The notes under the pieces: model-generated
Seen by the model: the letters and a program-made list of their open reading frames with translations, nothing else
The model's database searches: none
Told to the model about the DNA's origin: nothing
Source: a virus
Length of the DNA stretch: 64,000 bases
Reading direction: 5' to 3' (one strand)
IMG/VR virus record: IMGVR_UViG_3300024999_000062
Program-made: the position numbers and the translations under genes
Part shown: positions 7,039 through 15,675 of the stretch, piece by piece
How positions within the stretch are numbered: position 1 is the first letter of the stretch
Layout of the letters: every line of letters starts with the position of its first letter

Positions 7039-8682
7039 ATGGCAAAGAAGATATCAGGAGACAATCTTTATACTCAATTAGAACAAGTATTTGAGAAAGA
7101 AGAAGTAACAAAAGTAGAAAAGAGTATACTCCTTGAGAAAGCCTTAAAGTCTAACAATCCCAATGTAGTCCTAAGAGCCAGAAGGTACATGGAGAATGTA
7201 CCTGGTCAGTCTGATAAGGCTGGTACTCCAAAGTCCATGATCATTGATCCCATTGATTTGTACAATGGGTTAGGTTACAAAGAAACTCCTTTACAACTCT
7301 CTTATAACATACTGAGAAGAATGGCCAGAACTCCTCTGGTAAGGTCTATCATTGAAGTAAGAAAAGATCAGGTGACAGCTTTTTCTGGTGTAAGTGATGA
7401 TGAACAAAAACAAGGCTGGACTATAAGGAAGAAGAGAGCCCTATTTCAAAAAGAAGAGAAAAAGCCAACCCCATCTGAATTAAGAAGGTGTGAAGAGTTA
7501 ATTAACTTCATCAATGATGCTGGTTCCAAGACAAATAAATGGAAGAGAGATGATTTTGACACTTTCCTAAGAAAATCAGTAAAAGACTCTTTAGAATTGG
7601 ACCAGATGATCTGGGAAATAGTCAGAAACAGAAAAGGAGAATTGATTGAATATTTCGCCACCGACGGAGGCACTTATAGAATAACCGGAGATTGGACTAA
7701 TGAAAATGACCCAAGGAACAAAGGCAAACAGATGGTCAATGGTTGTTTTCCAGCTTACATTCAGTTATACCAAATGAGACCAATAGTGGATTTCTATCCA
7801 TGGGAGTTATGTTTTGGGATAAGAAACCAGTCCACCCAGTTAGAGAATAATGGTTATGGGATATCAGAGTTAGAAGATCTCATCAGGATAGTTACTTACA
7901 TCTTATACAGCGAGGATTATAACGGTAAGTTTTTTAGTCAAGGAAGTCACCCAAAAGGGATTCTTAAAGTTTCAAATAATATTTCGGACTCGATGCTGTC
8001 TCAATTCCGTATGGAGTGGTTGGCCATGGTTAATGGGATTCAGAATGTACATCGGGTGCCTATTATACAAGACCAGAATTTGGAATGGATAAATATGCAA
8101 GTCACAAATCAAGATATGCAATTTGAAAAGTGGCAGAACTGGCTACTCCAAATATTGTGTGCCTTATATAAGATAGCTCCTTCAGAATTAGGGTTTGACA
8201 TAAAGAGTGGAAATGGTGGTGGATTAAATGGTGATAATACAAAAGAAAAGTTAGATTTCTCTAGACAAAAAGGGTTCATCCCGTTGATGAAGTTTTTGGA
8301 GAGAAATATCAACAAGTTTCTAACTTCAGAATTAGATGATCGATATGAGTTTGTCTGGACTGGTTTAGCTCCAGAAGATGGTGATAAGGTATTAGATGGA
8401 GATATAAAGAAAGTAACTAACTTTGAAACTCTTAATGAAGTACGTGTCCGTCGTAACCTGCCTAAATTACCTGATGGAGATGTGATTTTAAGTTCAACAT
8501 ATATGCAAGTCAAGTCAATGGCTATGATGGGCAACCAAGAGTCGAACCAAGTAGCTACGGAAGGCAATGGTGAACAATATAATGAAAACCCTTATAATGA
8601 AGAACAAGATGTTGAGAAGGCTATTCAAAGTAATCCTTTTCTAAGAGATCTTGACAGTTATGTAAAAAAAGAATTACAATAA
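7039..8682 (+). CDS. portal protein
   Basis: 547 aa. Blocks such as FLRKSVKDSLELDQMIWEIVRNRKGELIEYFATDGGTY and FSQGSHPKGILKV look like HK97/SPP1-type portals. The acidic C-terminal tail and the position at the head of the morphogenesis genes also fit. Confidence 0.75.
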   Translation: MAKKISGDNLYTQLEQVFEKEEVTKVEKSILLEKALKSNNPNVVLRARRYMENVPGQSDKAGTPKSMIIDPIDLYNGLGYKETPLQLSYNILRRMARTPLVRSIIEVRKDQVTAFSGVSDDEQKQGWTIRKKRALFQKEEKKPTPSELRRCEELINFINDAGSKTNKWKRDDFDTFLRKSVKDSLELDQMIWEIVRNRKGELIEYFATDGGTYRITGDWTNENDPRNKGKQMVNGCFPAYIQLYQMRPIVDFYPWELCFGIRNQSTQLENNGYGISELEDLIRIVTYILYSEDYNGKFFSQGSHPKGILKVSNNISDSMLSQFRMEWLAMVNGIQNVHRVPIIQDQNLEWINMQVTNQDMQFEKWQNWLLQILCALYKIAPSELGFDIKSGNGGGLNGDNTKEKLDFSRQKGFIPLMKFLERNINKFLTSELDDRYEFVWTGLAPEDGDKVLDGDIKKVTNFETLNEVRVRRNLPKLPDGDVILSSTYMQVKSMAMMGNQESNQVATEGNGEQYNENPYNEEQDVEKAIQSNPFLRDLDSYVKKELQ

Positions 8683-8683
8683 C

Positions 8684-9094
8684 ATGGGATTAATTGAAGA
8701 TTTTCCAAAACAAGATGAACTAGGTTCGTCAAACATTTTGAAGAACTTTGAGAAAGCCAAACATCCTGAAGGCTACATAGCTGTATGGAGTGGTGAAAGA
8801 TACCAGAAAAAAGGTGGAGAGTGGGTTTATTTAGGCAAGGCTGAGAAAGTTAAAGAAGCTGCAAAATCAGAACAAGTCAAAGATAAGAAATCTCAACCAA
8901 CTAATCTCAGTAAATTACTTTTGAAGTGGGTTAAAGAGAATAAAGACCTTTTTAAGACAAGAAGTCCTTATTTTTTTGCTGATCTTGAAGATGAAGCTGA
9001 AGTTATTTTTAGAAAAAATGTTCTAACTAAAGAAAACATTTCTCAGATTTTAGTTGATGGGTACTGGGAGAAGCTAAAAGAGAAGAGACTATAA
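8684..9094 (+). CDS. head-block accessory protein with a WSGE..G.WVY module
   Basis: 136 aa. The segment FEKAKHPEGYIAVWSGERYQKKGGEWVYLGKAEK is shared with the ORF at 14386. The N-terminus is MGLIED. Confidence 0.6.
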   Translation: MGLIEDFPKQDELGSSNILKNFEKAKHPEGYIAVWSGERYQKKGGEWVYLGKAEKVKEAAKSEQVKDKKSQPTNLSKLLLKWVKENKDLFKTRSPYFFADLEDEAEVIFRKNVLTKENISQILVDGYWEKLKEKRL

Positions 9095-10056
9095 TGGACT
9101 TACTCCAAATCATAAGAGATAATACTACAGACTCCATAACAAAGAGTAGGTTGGATGTTTTATTTGGGCAAGATGAACCACCAATTATTGAAAAGAGTAG
9201 AAGTGGTGTCTATGCAAATAATCCTGAAAATGAAAGACTTCACAGAGTGGGTCAAAGATATGGTTCAGCAAAGAAAGAAGAAGAACCAACACAAAAGAAA
9301 GAGAATCAGACAGAACCATCAAAACAAAAGTCTAATCCACAAGTAGAACAGAAACTAAAAAAGTATGCCAAAGAGACTCCCACCGATCAACTTCAAAAGT
9401 TCATTTCTAGTACCAAAAATGAAGTAGCTAAGCTTCATGCTGAAAATGAAATGAAGAGTAGAAAGGGAGAATTGGAAAAGAAGAAGGCAGATCTTGGAGA
9501 ATGGAAGCCTATTAAGTTTACTGATGATTTCATGAGAGAGAATTACTTCCTAATGTATGAAGACCAAGTAAAAGAACTAGATAAAGGTGAGACTGATTCA
9601 TTAAACCAGTACAGAGATAATGATTATTTTAGAATTAATAAAGCTTTAAGAAGTAGTCAAGACCAAGAAAACAAAGAAGATCAACAAGTTGTAAGAGAGA
9701 TGGATAAGGCTTTTTCTAAGTGTTACTTAAAGCATGATCTTGAATTACAAAGAGGTGTAAACAGTTCTAAGTTTTTTGAAGGTTTATCAGAAGGTGAAGT
9801 TTATGAAGATAAAGGTTATGTTTCAACTTCATTAAGTAAAAAGATTGTTAACGACAAGTTTGAATCAACAACTAATCTAATAATTAAAGCTAGAAAAGGG
9901 CAGAAGGCTATTCCAATGCAATATGTTGGTGATGAAACCAACAGAGATATGTACAGTGATGAATATGAATTTCTTCTCCCTAGATCTTCAAGATTCAAGG
10001 TACAGAAGATAGATGAGAAAGATGGTAAGAGACAAATCTTTTTAGAGATGTTATAA
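9094..10056 (+). CDS. ADP-ribosyltransferase (R-S-ExE type) with N-terminal extension
   Basis: The C-terminal half carries YRDNDYFRINKALR, LELQRGV (Arg), GYVSTSLS (STS) and EYEFLLPRSSRF (ExE). These are the three hallmark motifs of C3/Alt-like ADP-ribosyltransferases. Confidence 0.8.
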   Translation: MDLLQIIRDNTTDSITKSRLDVLFGQDEPPIIEKSRSGVYANNPENERLHRVGQRYGSAKKEEEPTQKKENQTEPSKQKSNPQVEQKLKKYAKETPTDQLQKFISSTKNEVAKLHAENEMKSRKGELEKKKADLGEWKPIKFTDDFMRENYFLMYEDQVKELDKGETDSLNQYRDNDYFRINKALRSSQDQENKEDQQVVREMDKAFSKCYLKHDLELQRGVNSSKFFEGLSEGEVYEDKGYVSTSLSKKIVNDKFESTTNLIIKARKGQKAIPMQYVGDETNRDMYSDEYEFLLPRSSRFKVQKIDEKDGKRQIFLEML

Positions 10057-10069
10057 AACAATTGGTGAA

Positions 10070-10108
10070 AAAGTTGTTTAATAAATATAATCATTATATT
10101 TTTAAGAA
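10070..10108 (+). promoter_or_regulatory. Class-I conserved promoter/operator-like element, copy 3
   Basis: AAAGTTGTTTAATAAATATAATCATTATATTTTTAAG, with the palindrome ATATAAT-C-ATTATAT at 10085-10099. Confidence 0.5.
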
Positions 10109-10116
10109 ATATTAGA

Positions 10117-10260
10117 ATGAAGCCAGAACCTAAAAAGAAAGAAGAGAAGAAAGATAAGTCAGAAGAAAAAGACTTATCCAGATTCAGTTATCAGGAGGGA
10201 GATGAAAAGGGTTTGAAAGTTCTGGTCAAGAATGGTAAACAAGAAACTAAAGAAAAATAA
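10117..10260 (+). CDS. possible small Lys/Glu-rich ORF (47 aa)
   Basis: It holds the first ATG after promoter copy 3 and is below the length cutoff of the ORF track. Its stop lies 1 nt before ATG 10262. Confidence 0.3.
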   Translation: MKPEPKKKEEKKDKSEEKDLSRFSYQEGDEKGLKVLVKNGKQETKEK

Positions 10261-10261
10261 T

Positions 10262-11521
10262 ATGTCAATAATTGAAGACATCAGAAACCAAGGAGCTAAC
10301 AAACAGGTTGACAACATTTTCAAGTCCATGGAAGGTCAACCATTAGCCAAGAATGAAACCACGGAAGAAGATATTGTAAAGAGTATTGATGTTCTGAACA
10401 AAGCTTTTAATAATGGAGACATACCAGTTCCAGATCTATTGAAAGCTGCCAAGAACATTGGTAAGTTGACAAAGAAGAGAAAATTAATTACAAGAGGTGG
10501 GAGAACCTTCTTAACTACAGTCTATGTAGATGAGAGTGGTTCTGAAACCATGTCGGATGTTGCACACACTGCCTATGAAACTCCAGAATCCCTGAAAGTC
10601 ATAGAACATCTCCATAAAGGTGACTATGTTAAAGTTCTTCGTAAAGATGGTTCAGTTGTTGAAGGTACAGTTTCTGGTATGTCAGGCTTATCAACAGGTA
10701 AGATTGAATTGGCAGTCAGAGTAGAAGGGCAGAAATGGGATAAGTTAATTGACCTAAATACTGTTAAGAGTGTAGAGAAGAAGGAGTTTAAAGTAGAACC
10801 AAAGATCATCAAACCTTCAGTTCAGACTAATATTAAAGTCCTATTTCAAACTAAGAAAGGGGCTTTACTTATTACTGATGGTGAAAAAGTAGCTTGGGTA
10901 ATGGGAAGATCACAAAGAGATGATGGCTCTTTTACAGATAGTGCTACAAAAGCTTTAAAAGAAAGTAGTCAAACTTTCAGTCAATATCAAGAAGAACAAA
11001 AATTGAGACAAACTCCAGTAGTTTTGACCAAAGATAGTATAGTTCAGAAGTCTGATAAAGGTGCCATTCAATTCAAAGGGAAAATTAAGTATAATGTTGA
11101 GGGTGTTGGTGACAGAGAAGTTAAGTTCTGGATACCACCTTTTAAGATGAAAGAAGAAAATGGAGTGATTAGTGTTGATAGACCATTTTTTGAAGAAGAG
11201 AGTAAGAAGGTTGAAGATCAAAACTCTCTAAAAGAATTTCCTGTAAATTCTTTTACTGAATATGATAAATCTTATGGAGTTAGTGTAGGTGTTGAAGATT
11301 ATCATACTGAAAGAGAAATTGGTAGTAAGGTTTTCTTCCCAAAGAGTCTTAGTCAAAAGACTAAGAGTGGTGATTTGCTAGTTCCAGATTGGCTCGTTCA
11401 ACAAAATTTAACAGAAAAAGTAGATAGTTATAAACATGGAGCTTATCAATATGTTCAGTTAGGTATTTTTTTTAAAAATGATCTAATACCAAGAGATATT
11501 AAAGGTAAATTATTTATTTAA
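10262..11521 (+). CDS. hypothetical head-block protein with internal threefold repeat
   Basis: The track ORF starts at 10232 inside the small ORF. ATG 10262 (MSIIEDIRNQ) fits the tight gene packing better. The KLTKKRKLITRGGRTFLTTVYV motif is also seen in the ORF at 28965. Confidence 0.55.
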   Translation: MSIIEDIRNQGANKQVDNIFKSMEGQPLAKNETTEEDIVKSIDVLNKAFNNGDIPVPDLLKAAKNIGKLTKKRKLITRGGRTFLTTVYVDESGSETMSDVAHTAYETPESLKVIEHLHKGDYVKVLRKDGSVVEGTVSGMSGLSTGKIELAVRVEGQKWDKLIDLNTVKSVEKKEFKVEPKIIKPSVQTNIKVLFQTKKGALLITDGEKVAWVMGRSQRDDGSFTDSATKALKESSQTFSQYQEEQKLRQTPVVLTKDSIVQKSDKGAIQFKGKIKYNVEGVGDREVKFWIPPFKMKEENGVISVDRPFFEEESKKVEDQNSLKEFPVNSFTEYDKSYGVSVGVEDYHTEREIGSKVFFPKSLSQKTKSGDLLVPDWLVQQNLTEKVDSYKHGAYQYVQLGIFFKNDLIPRDIKGKLFI

Positions 11522-11530
11522 TAGATATTA

Positions 11531-11563
11531 GGTTTTGAAAAATATAACTATTATATTTATACC
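11531..11563 (+). promoter_or_regulatory. Class-I conserved promoter/operator-like element, copy 4
   Basis: GGTTTTGAAAAATATAACTATTATATTTATACC, with the near-palindrome ATATAAC-T-ATTATAT at 11542-11556. It lies 37 nt upstream of the ATG at 11601. Confidence 0.5.
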
Positions 11564-11600
11564 GAAATTTAAAATTATTAATTAAAAATAAAAATGGTCT

Positions 11601-12086
11601 ATGAAACAGAAAGAAGTCTTTTCAGTTCAAGAAGCATTAAGTTTGGGTTATAGGTATGTAATAGCCTGGAGAGATCATTATAGAGGGAATTCTAAAGGTG
11701 AAGTATATGTTTGTAATGAAACCAATGCCAATGTATGTGTTAGTCATGAAAACATGGATGACAGAAAGATACATACAATGTTTGCCACCAATGAGGATGT
11801 TCTAGCCATTCTTCAAAAAAGAAAAAGAATCATTAATTTGATTAGTGATGTTGAATTTTCAATGACTGTTAATAGTAAGTTATTTAATGGAGTTATTAAA
11901 GAATATGTTGGGAAAAAGATGGTTTTTGGGACTTGGAGAAGTATTTACAGGTCAGTTATAAAATCAGGAGCTTCTAATTTTAATTCTAAGATCTTCTGGA
12001 ATAGACATAATTGTATACTAAATAGATTGAGAGAGTTGGTTAAAGAAACTGACGGAGTTTCAATCACCATGCCAATTTATCAATGA
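11601..12086 (+). CDS. hypothetical protein
   Basis: A 161-aa ORF behind promoter copy 4. Confidence 0.55.
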   Translation: MKQKEVFSVQEALSLGYRYVIAWRDHYRGNSKGEVYVCNETNANVCVSHENMDDRKIHTMFATNEDVLAILQKRKRIINLISDVEFSMTVNSKLFNGVIKEYVGKKMVFGTWRSIYRSVIKSGASNFNSKIFWNRHNCILNRLRELVKETDGVSITMPIYQ

Positions 12087-12115
12087 TTTTTTTACCAAAC
12101 GAAATACAATAACTA

Positions 12116-12298
12116 GTGGACATCATCACCTCATCAGACATAAAGAAACTTCCCAAAAAGTACCATGATCAAACAAGGTATCCTAACATTGTGACAAAGT
12201 ATGAAGATGAATTTAAACAGAACTATTCAGTGATGTTAAGTAAGTCACTAGTTCAGTTAACAAAAAAAATGGTTTCAATTATAAAAGAACGTAAATAA
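12116..12298 (+). CDS. hypothetical small protein (GTG start)
   Basis: A 60-aa ORF with a non-ATG start, so support is weaker. Confidence 0.35.
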   Translation: MDIITSSDIKKLPKKYHDQTRYPNIVTKYEDEFKQNYSVMLSKSLVQLTKKMVSIIKERK

Positions 12299-12306
12299 AG
12301 ATAGTT

Positions 12307-13413
12307 ATGCTACCGATTGTAAATGTGAATCTTCCACTAGATAGATTAATTCTTTCACTCACACAAGAAGAACAACTCCAACTAAGAGATCAGTTAAATG
12401 ACTTACTAGGAAAGAGAGTTACTACTGAAACAAAGAAAGAGATTGTAGAGGCAACCAATAAGTTTCTAGTAAATGTAACTGAAAGTAGAAAAGCTTCTTG
12501 TGAAATATGTGAAGAGAGTTTTATCAAGATATTACCAAGTCAAGTCCTTTGTGGTAAACCTGAATGTAAGAAGGAGAAAGTCAGACGATATAACTTAGCT
12601 TACTATCATCGTAAACATTCAAAAACAGGAGCTGACATATCTCCTCAACCAAAAGTTAAGAAGACATCACATCAGGCAAGAGTAAGAGTAGACAAACCAA
12701 TCTTAAATAAGATTTGTGGTCATACCCTTTGTCAGAAACCCTTCCAAACCACAAAAAAATGTAAAAAATATTGTAGCAAACAATGTAGCCATGATGCAAA
12801 CATTATCAACATAAAAAGAATCCAGGATGAGAAAAGAAAGGGTGTAGCAGCAGCCGATAAGGTAATACAAGGTATAAGTGAAGCTTCTGAAAGAAGGGGT
12901 ATTGAAGTTCAAGCCGATATTCTTATCCAAGGTAAAAAAGTAGGAGAATTAAAAGAACTTCGGGTCCCAGGAGTGGCTGATAATGTTCCTATTGGTAAAG
13001 GTCATGCCAAAGATAAACATCCAAGAAAAAGAAAGACTAAGAAAGTCTTTGTAAAAGAAAGAGTCAATCTTAAGTCAGACTTAAACATGTCTTTGATTGA
13101 TGAAGTAAAGATTAAGAACTTGGGTGAACAAAGATATTGTTTGAAATGTGGAAGAGAATTTACTAGTGAAACCTCCTTGTATTGTGGTCAGGACTGCAAA
13201 AATGGAATGAAAGCCACCATCGAGATGGCTGAAAAGAATCTTAACTCTCCAAGAAAGGTGGATGTTTTATACAATGGTCATAAGGTGTGTGTGTTTGTAA
13301 ATAGTAAGACCAGAATTTTTATCCAATTAAATTCAAGCTTAACGGAGTTATATGAAAAATATGTGCCCAAGAAGATTGTTCTAACACCAGTAGAATTAAA
13401 AGAAGAAGAGTAG
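12307..13413 (+). CDS. multi zinc-ribbon, Lys-rich protein
   Basis: Three Cys clusters are present: CEICEE..CGKPEC, CGHTLC..CKKYCSKQC and CLKCGRE..CGQDC. Confidence 0.6.
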   Translation: MLPIVNVNLPLDRLILSLTQEEQLQLRDQLNDLLGKRVTTETKKEIVEATNKFLVNVTESRKASCEICEESFIKILPSQVLCGKPECKKEKVRRYNLAYYHRKHSKTGADISPQPKVKKTSHQARVRVDKPILNKICGHTLCQKPFQTTKKCKKYCSKQCSHDANIINIKRIQDEKRKGVAAADKVIQGISEASERRGIEVQADILIQGKKVGELKELRVPGVADNVPIGKGHAKDKHPRKRKTKKVFVKERVNLKSDLNMSLIDEVKIKNLGEQRYCLKCGREFTSETSLYCGQDCKNGMKATIEMAEKNLNSPRKVDVLYNGHKVCVFVNSKTRIFIQLNSSLTELYEKYVPKKIVLTPVELKEEE

Positions 13414-14349
13414 ATGTTATTCCAACCAAACGAAATACAAGAGTTAGTAAATATCATAAATGCCCAACATATACTGTTTGTTGGTCAAAATTTAGGTGAA
13501 GATGTTCTAAGTGATGTTGACAAGTCTGTACTAAGATCGTATGGCATGGAGATAGAGGATGTCCAGGACTTTACTGAATTGGCATTCAAATTTGGGTTAC
13601 TTTCTCAATCTCTAGCCATGCCTACTGTAAAGAGAATGACTTATCCAGAAATAAGAAAGTTTGTTAAAGAAGGCAAGTACCTCCCACTAACTACTCAAGA
13701 AAAAGATACTGTCAGAATCTTAAAACAAAAGACCTATTCACATATTAAAGGTCTTGGGTCCAAGATTGGTCAAGAACTTCAATCCCAGATCTCTGAACAA
13801 TCTATACTCCAAAGAGCTAAGACAGAGAAGATTATCAAGAAAGAACTCAGTCAAGGCGTAGAAGACAGGAAGAGTGTATCTCAGATAGTCAGTAGTATTG
13901 GACATAAGACTGGTGACTGGCAACGCGACTTCGGGCGTATCGTGGAGACTGAACTTCAAAATGCCTTTGAAGAGGGTAGATCAGCCCAAATCAAACGGGA
14001 TAATCCTGGAATAGATCCAGAAGTGTATAAAGATGTTTTTCAAGGAGCATGTCATAGTTGTATAAAAGCTTATCTTACTAATGGTCTAGGCAGTAAGCCA
14101 AGAGTGTTCAAGTTATCTCAACTAGAAGCTAATGGGACTAATATTGGTAAGAAACAAGCTGAATGGTTGCCAACATTGCAAGTTTTACACCCTTGGTGTC
14201 GTTGTTTGTTATCGGAGGTTCCAGAAGACCGAGACTGGGATGAAGAAACTAAATCATTCTCCAAACTGAAGCCAGTAGCTGAAAGAAAGAAGAAGATTGA
14301 AAGAAAAAGAGTCAGAGTAGAAATTGGTGGCAAAGAGTTTTTAGTTTAA
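13414..14349 (+). CDS. MuF / SPP1 gp7-type minor head (head morphogenesis) protein
   Basis: RIVETELQNAFEEGR and the signature LHPWCRC near the C-terminus are typical of the Mu F-like family. Confidence 0.8.
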   Translation: MLFQPNEIQELVNIINAQHILFVGQNLGEDVLSDVDKSVLRSYGMEIEDVQDFTELAFKFGLLSQSLAMPTVKRMTYPEIRKFVKEGKYLPLTTQEKDTVRILKQKTYSHIKGLGSKIGQELQSQISEQSILQRAKTEKIIKKELSQGVEDRKSVSQIVSSIGHKTGDWQRDFGRIVETELQNAFEEGRSAQIKRDNPGIDPEVYKDVFQGACHSCIKAYLTNGLGSKPRVFKLSQLEANGTNIGKKQAEWLPTLQVLHPWCRCLLSEVPEDRDWDEETKSFSKLKPVAERKKKIERKRVRVEIGGKEFLV

Positions 14350-14385
14350 GAAAAAATTAATAACTTTATCAAAAGTAATTAGTAT

Positions 14386-15321
14386 ATGTTAGATTCAAAC
14401 AGAACCGTGTTGAAACATTTCACCTCTGGTAACATTGAGAAAGCTGATACCAGAATAATGTCTTTCACAGATCATCAATATGAGTTATTATCAGTAGCTC
14501 TTGAAAAAGAAGAAGGTAATGATCCAGCAAAGTTACAGAAGGCTAGAGAAGATCTTGGAACTTTCCTATTTGTAAACGTTGAAGGCGTAGGAGAACGGTG
14601 GGTAAAAGATGAAGTGGTCTTAAGATCCTTTGGTTTATCCAGTGATGAAATCCAAAAGGCAAGAGGCTTACCAGATGGTACTGTTCGTATCTGGTCAGGT
14701 GAAAAACATGAGAGAGTAAATGGCAAGTGGGTATACAGAGGTAAAGCAAAAGCAGGTGAATCTCATAAAGAAGAAAAAGAAGTTGATCTCCATGATGAAG
14801 AAACCATTAAGAAAGTTTCAGCTCATGCTGGTATCAGTCCAGAAGAATTCAAAAAAATGCACTCTGACACTAAGAAAGAACTTCATAGAAATATGAAGAA
14901 TGACAAAGAAGATTCAATGTGGGAGAATAAAAGTAAAGAGAAGAAAGAAAAAGAAAAGATGTTCAGTAGTGTCAAAGAGTCTCTTGAAGATGAAGGTATT
15001 GATCTTTCAGGCAGTAATCGTGCCAAGTTAGTAGAATTGGTTGAGAAGCATAATGATAGAGCTAAAGTTCTTGAAGCTGCTCGTAAGGAGTTTGGTAAGA
15101 AGGGAGATGATGAGTTTGAAGATGTTACACCAGGACATGAACATAAGAAGGGTGACACTGTAAGAGTTCCACATAACTTAACTTCTGACCCTTATGACAG
15201 AAGAGGTCAAACTGGTACAGTAAGTTTTGTAAATGAGGATGTTGCTCATGTTAAATTTGCAAATGGTGGTGGAGGCATTTATAATCATAATGCTCTTCAA
15301 AAAGAGAAAAAGAAGAAATAG
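14386..15321 (+). CDS. head-block accessory protein with WSGE..G.WVY module and C-terminal SH3/KOW-like segment
   Basis: IQKARGLPDGTVRIWSGEKHERVNGKWVYRGKAKA parallels the ORF at 8684. The C-terminal KKGDTVRV...GQTGTVSFVNEDVAHVKF looks like a small beta-barrel. Confidence 0.6.
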   Translation: MLDSNRTVLKHFTSGNIEKADTRIMSFTDHQYELLSVALEKEEGNDPAKLQKAREDLGTFLFVNVEGVGERWVKDEVVLRSFGLSSDEIQKARGLPDGTVRIWSGEKHERVNGKWVYRGKAKAGESHKEEKEVDLHDEETIKKVSAHAGISPEEFKKMHSDTKKELHRNMKNDKEDSMWENKSKEKKEKEKMFSSVKESLEDEGIDLSGSNRAKLVELVEKHNDRAKVLEAARKEFGKKGDDEFEDVTPGHEHKKGDTVRVPHNLTSDPYDRRGQTGTVSFVNEDVAHVKFANGGGGIYNHNALQKEKKKK

Positions 15322-15375
15322 AATTTTTATTTCTCAAGAAAATATTTTATTTTTATTCAATAAATATTCAGAAAC

Positions 15376-15660
15376 ATGAACACTCAAGACATCGCTAAAA
15401 ACAATATTGATAATCAAGCAAATTTTTTAAAGAACTTTCTCACCGAAAAGAAAGAAGAGACACAGAAATCTTCTATTCCAGGTTTTAATGAAGCTCAGAT
15501 GGGAGTGATCAAGAAAGGGATTGAACAAGCCTTTGAAAAAAGTTTGATGAGTGATGCCGATTATGATAAAGCTTGTCTTGAACTCTCCAAATTTAAGAAA
15601 CAAGAAGTTGAGGTGGCTGGAAAGAAGCAGTTTCGTTATGTAAAGATTGAAATAAAATAA
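15376..15660 (+). CDS. hypothetical protein
   Basis: A 94-aa ORF with an ATG start. Confidence 0.5.
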   Translation: MNTQDIAKNNIDNQANFLKNFLTEKKEETQKSSIPGFNEAQMGVIKKGIEQAFEKSLMSDADYDKACLELSKFKKQEVEVAGKKQFRYVKIEIK

Positions 15661-15675
15661 CAACAAACAATAGTC

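Noticed and set aside
8109-8567. Minus-strand ORFs nested in + strand genes (for example 8109-8567, 17971-18333, 26052-26417, 34917-35357, 37765-38094)
   Set aside because: All are fully embedded in longer + strand ORFs that have recognisable motifs or synteny. Their composition is low-complexity, Ser/Leu/Phe-rich, which is typical of antisense frames in AT-rich DNA.
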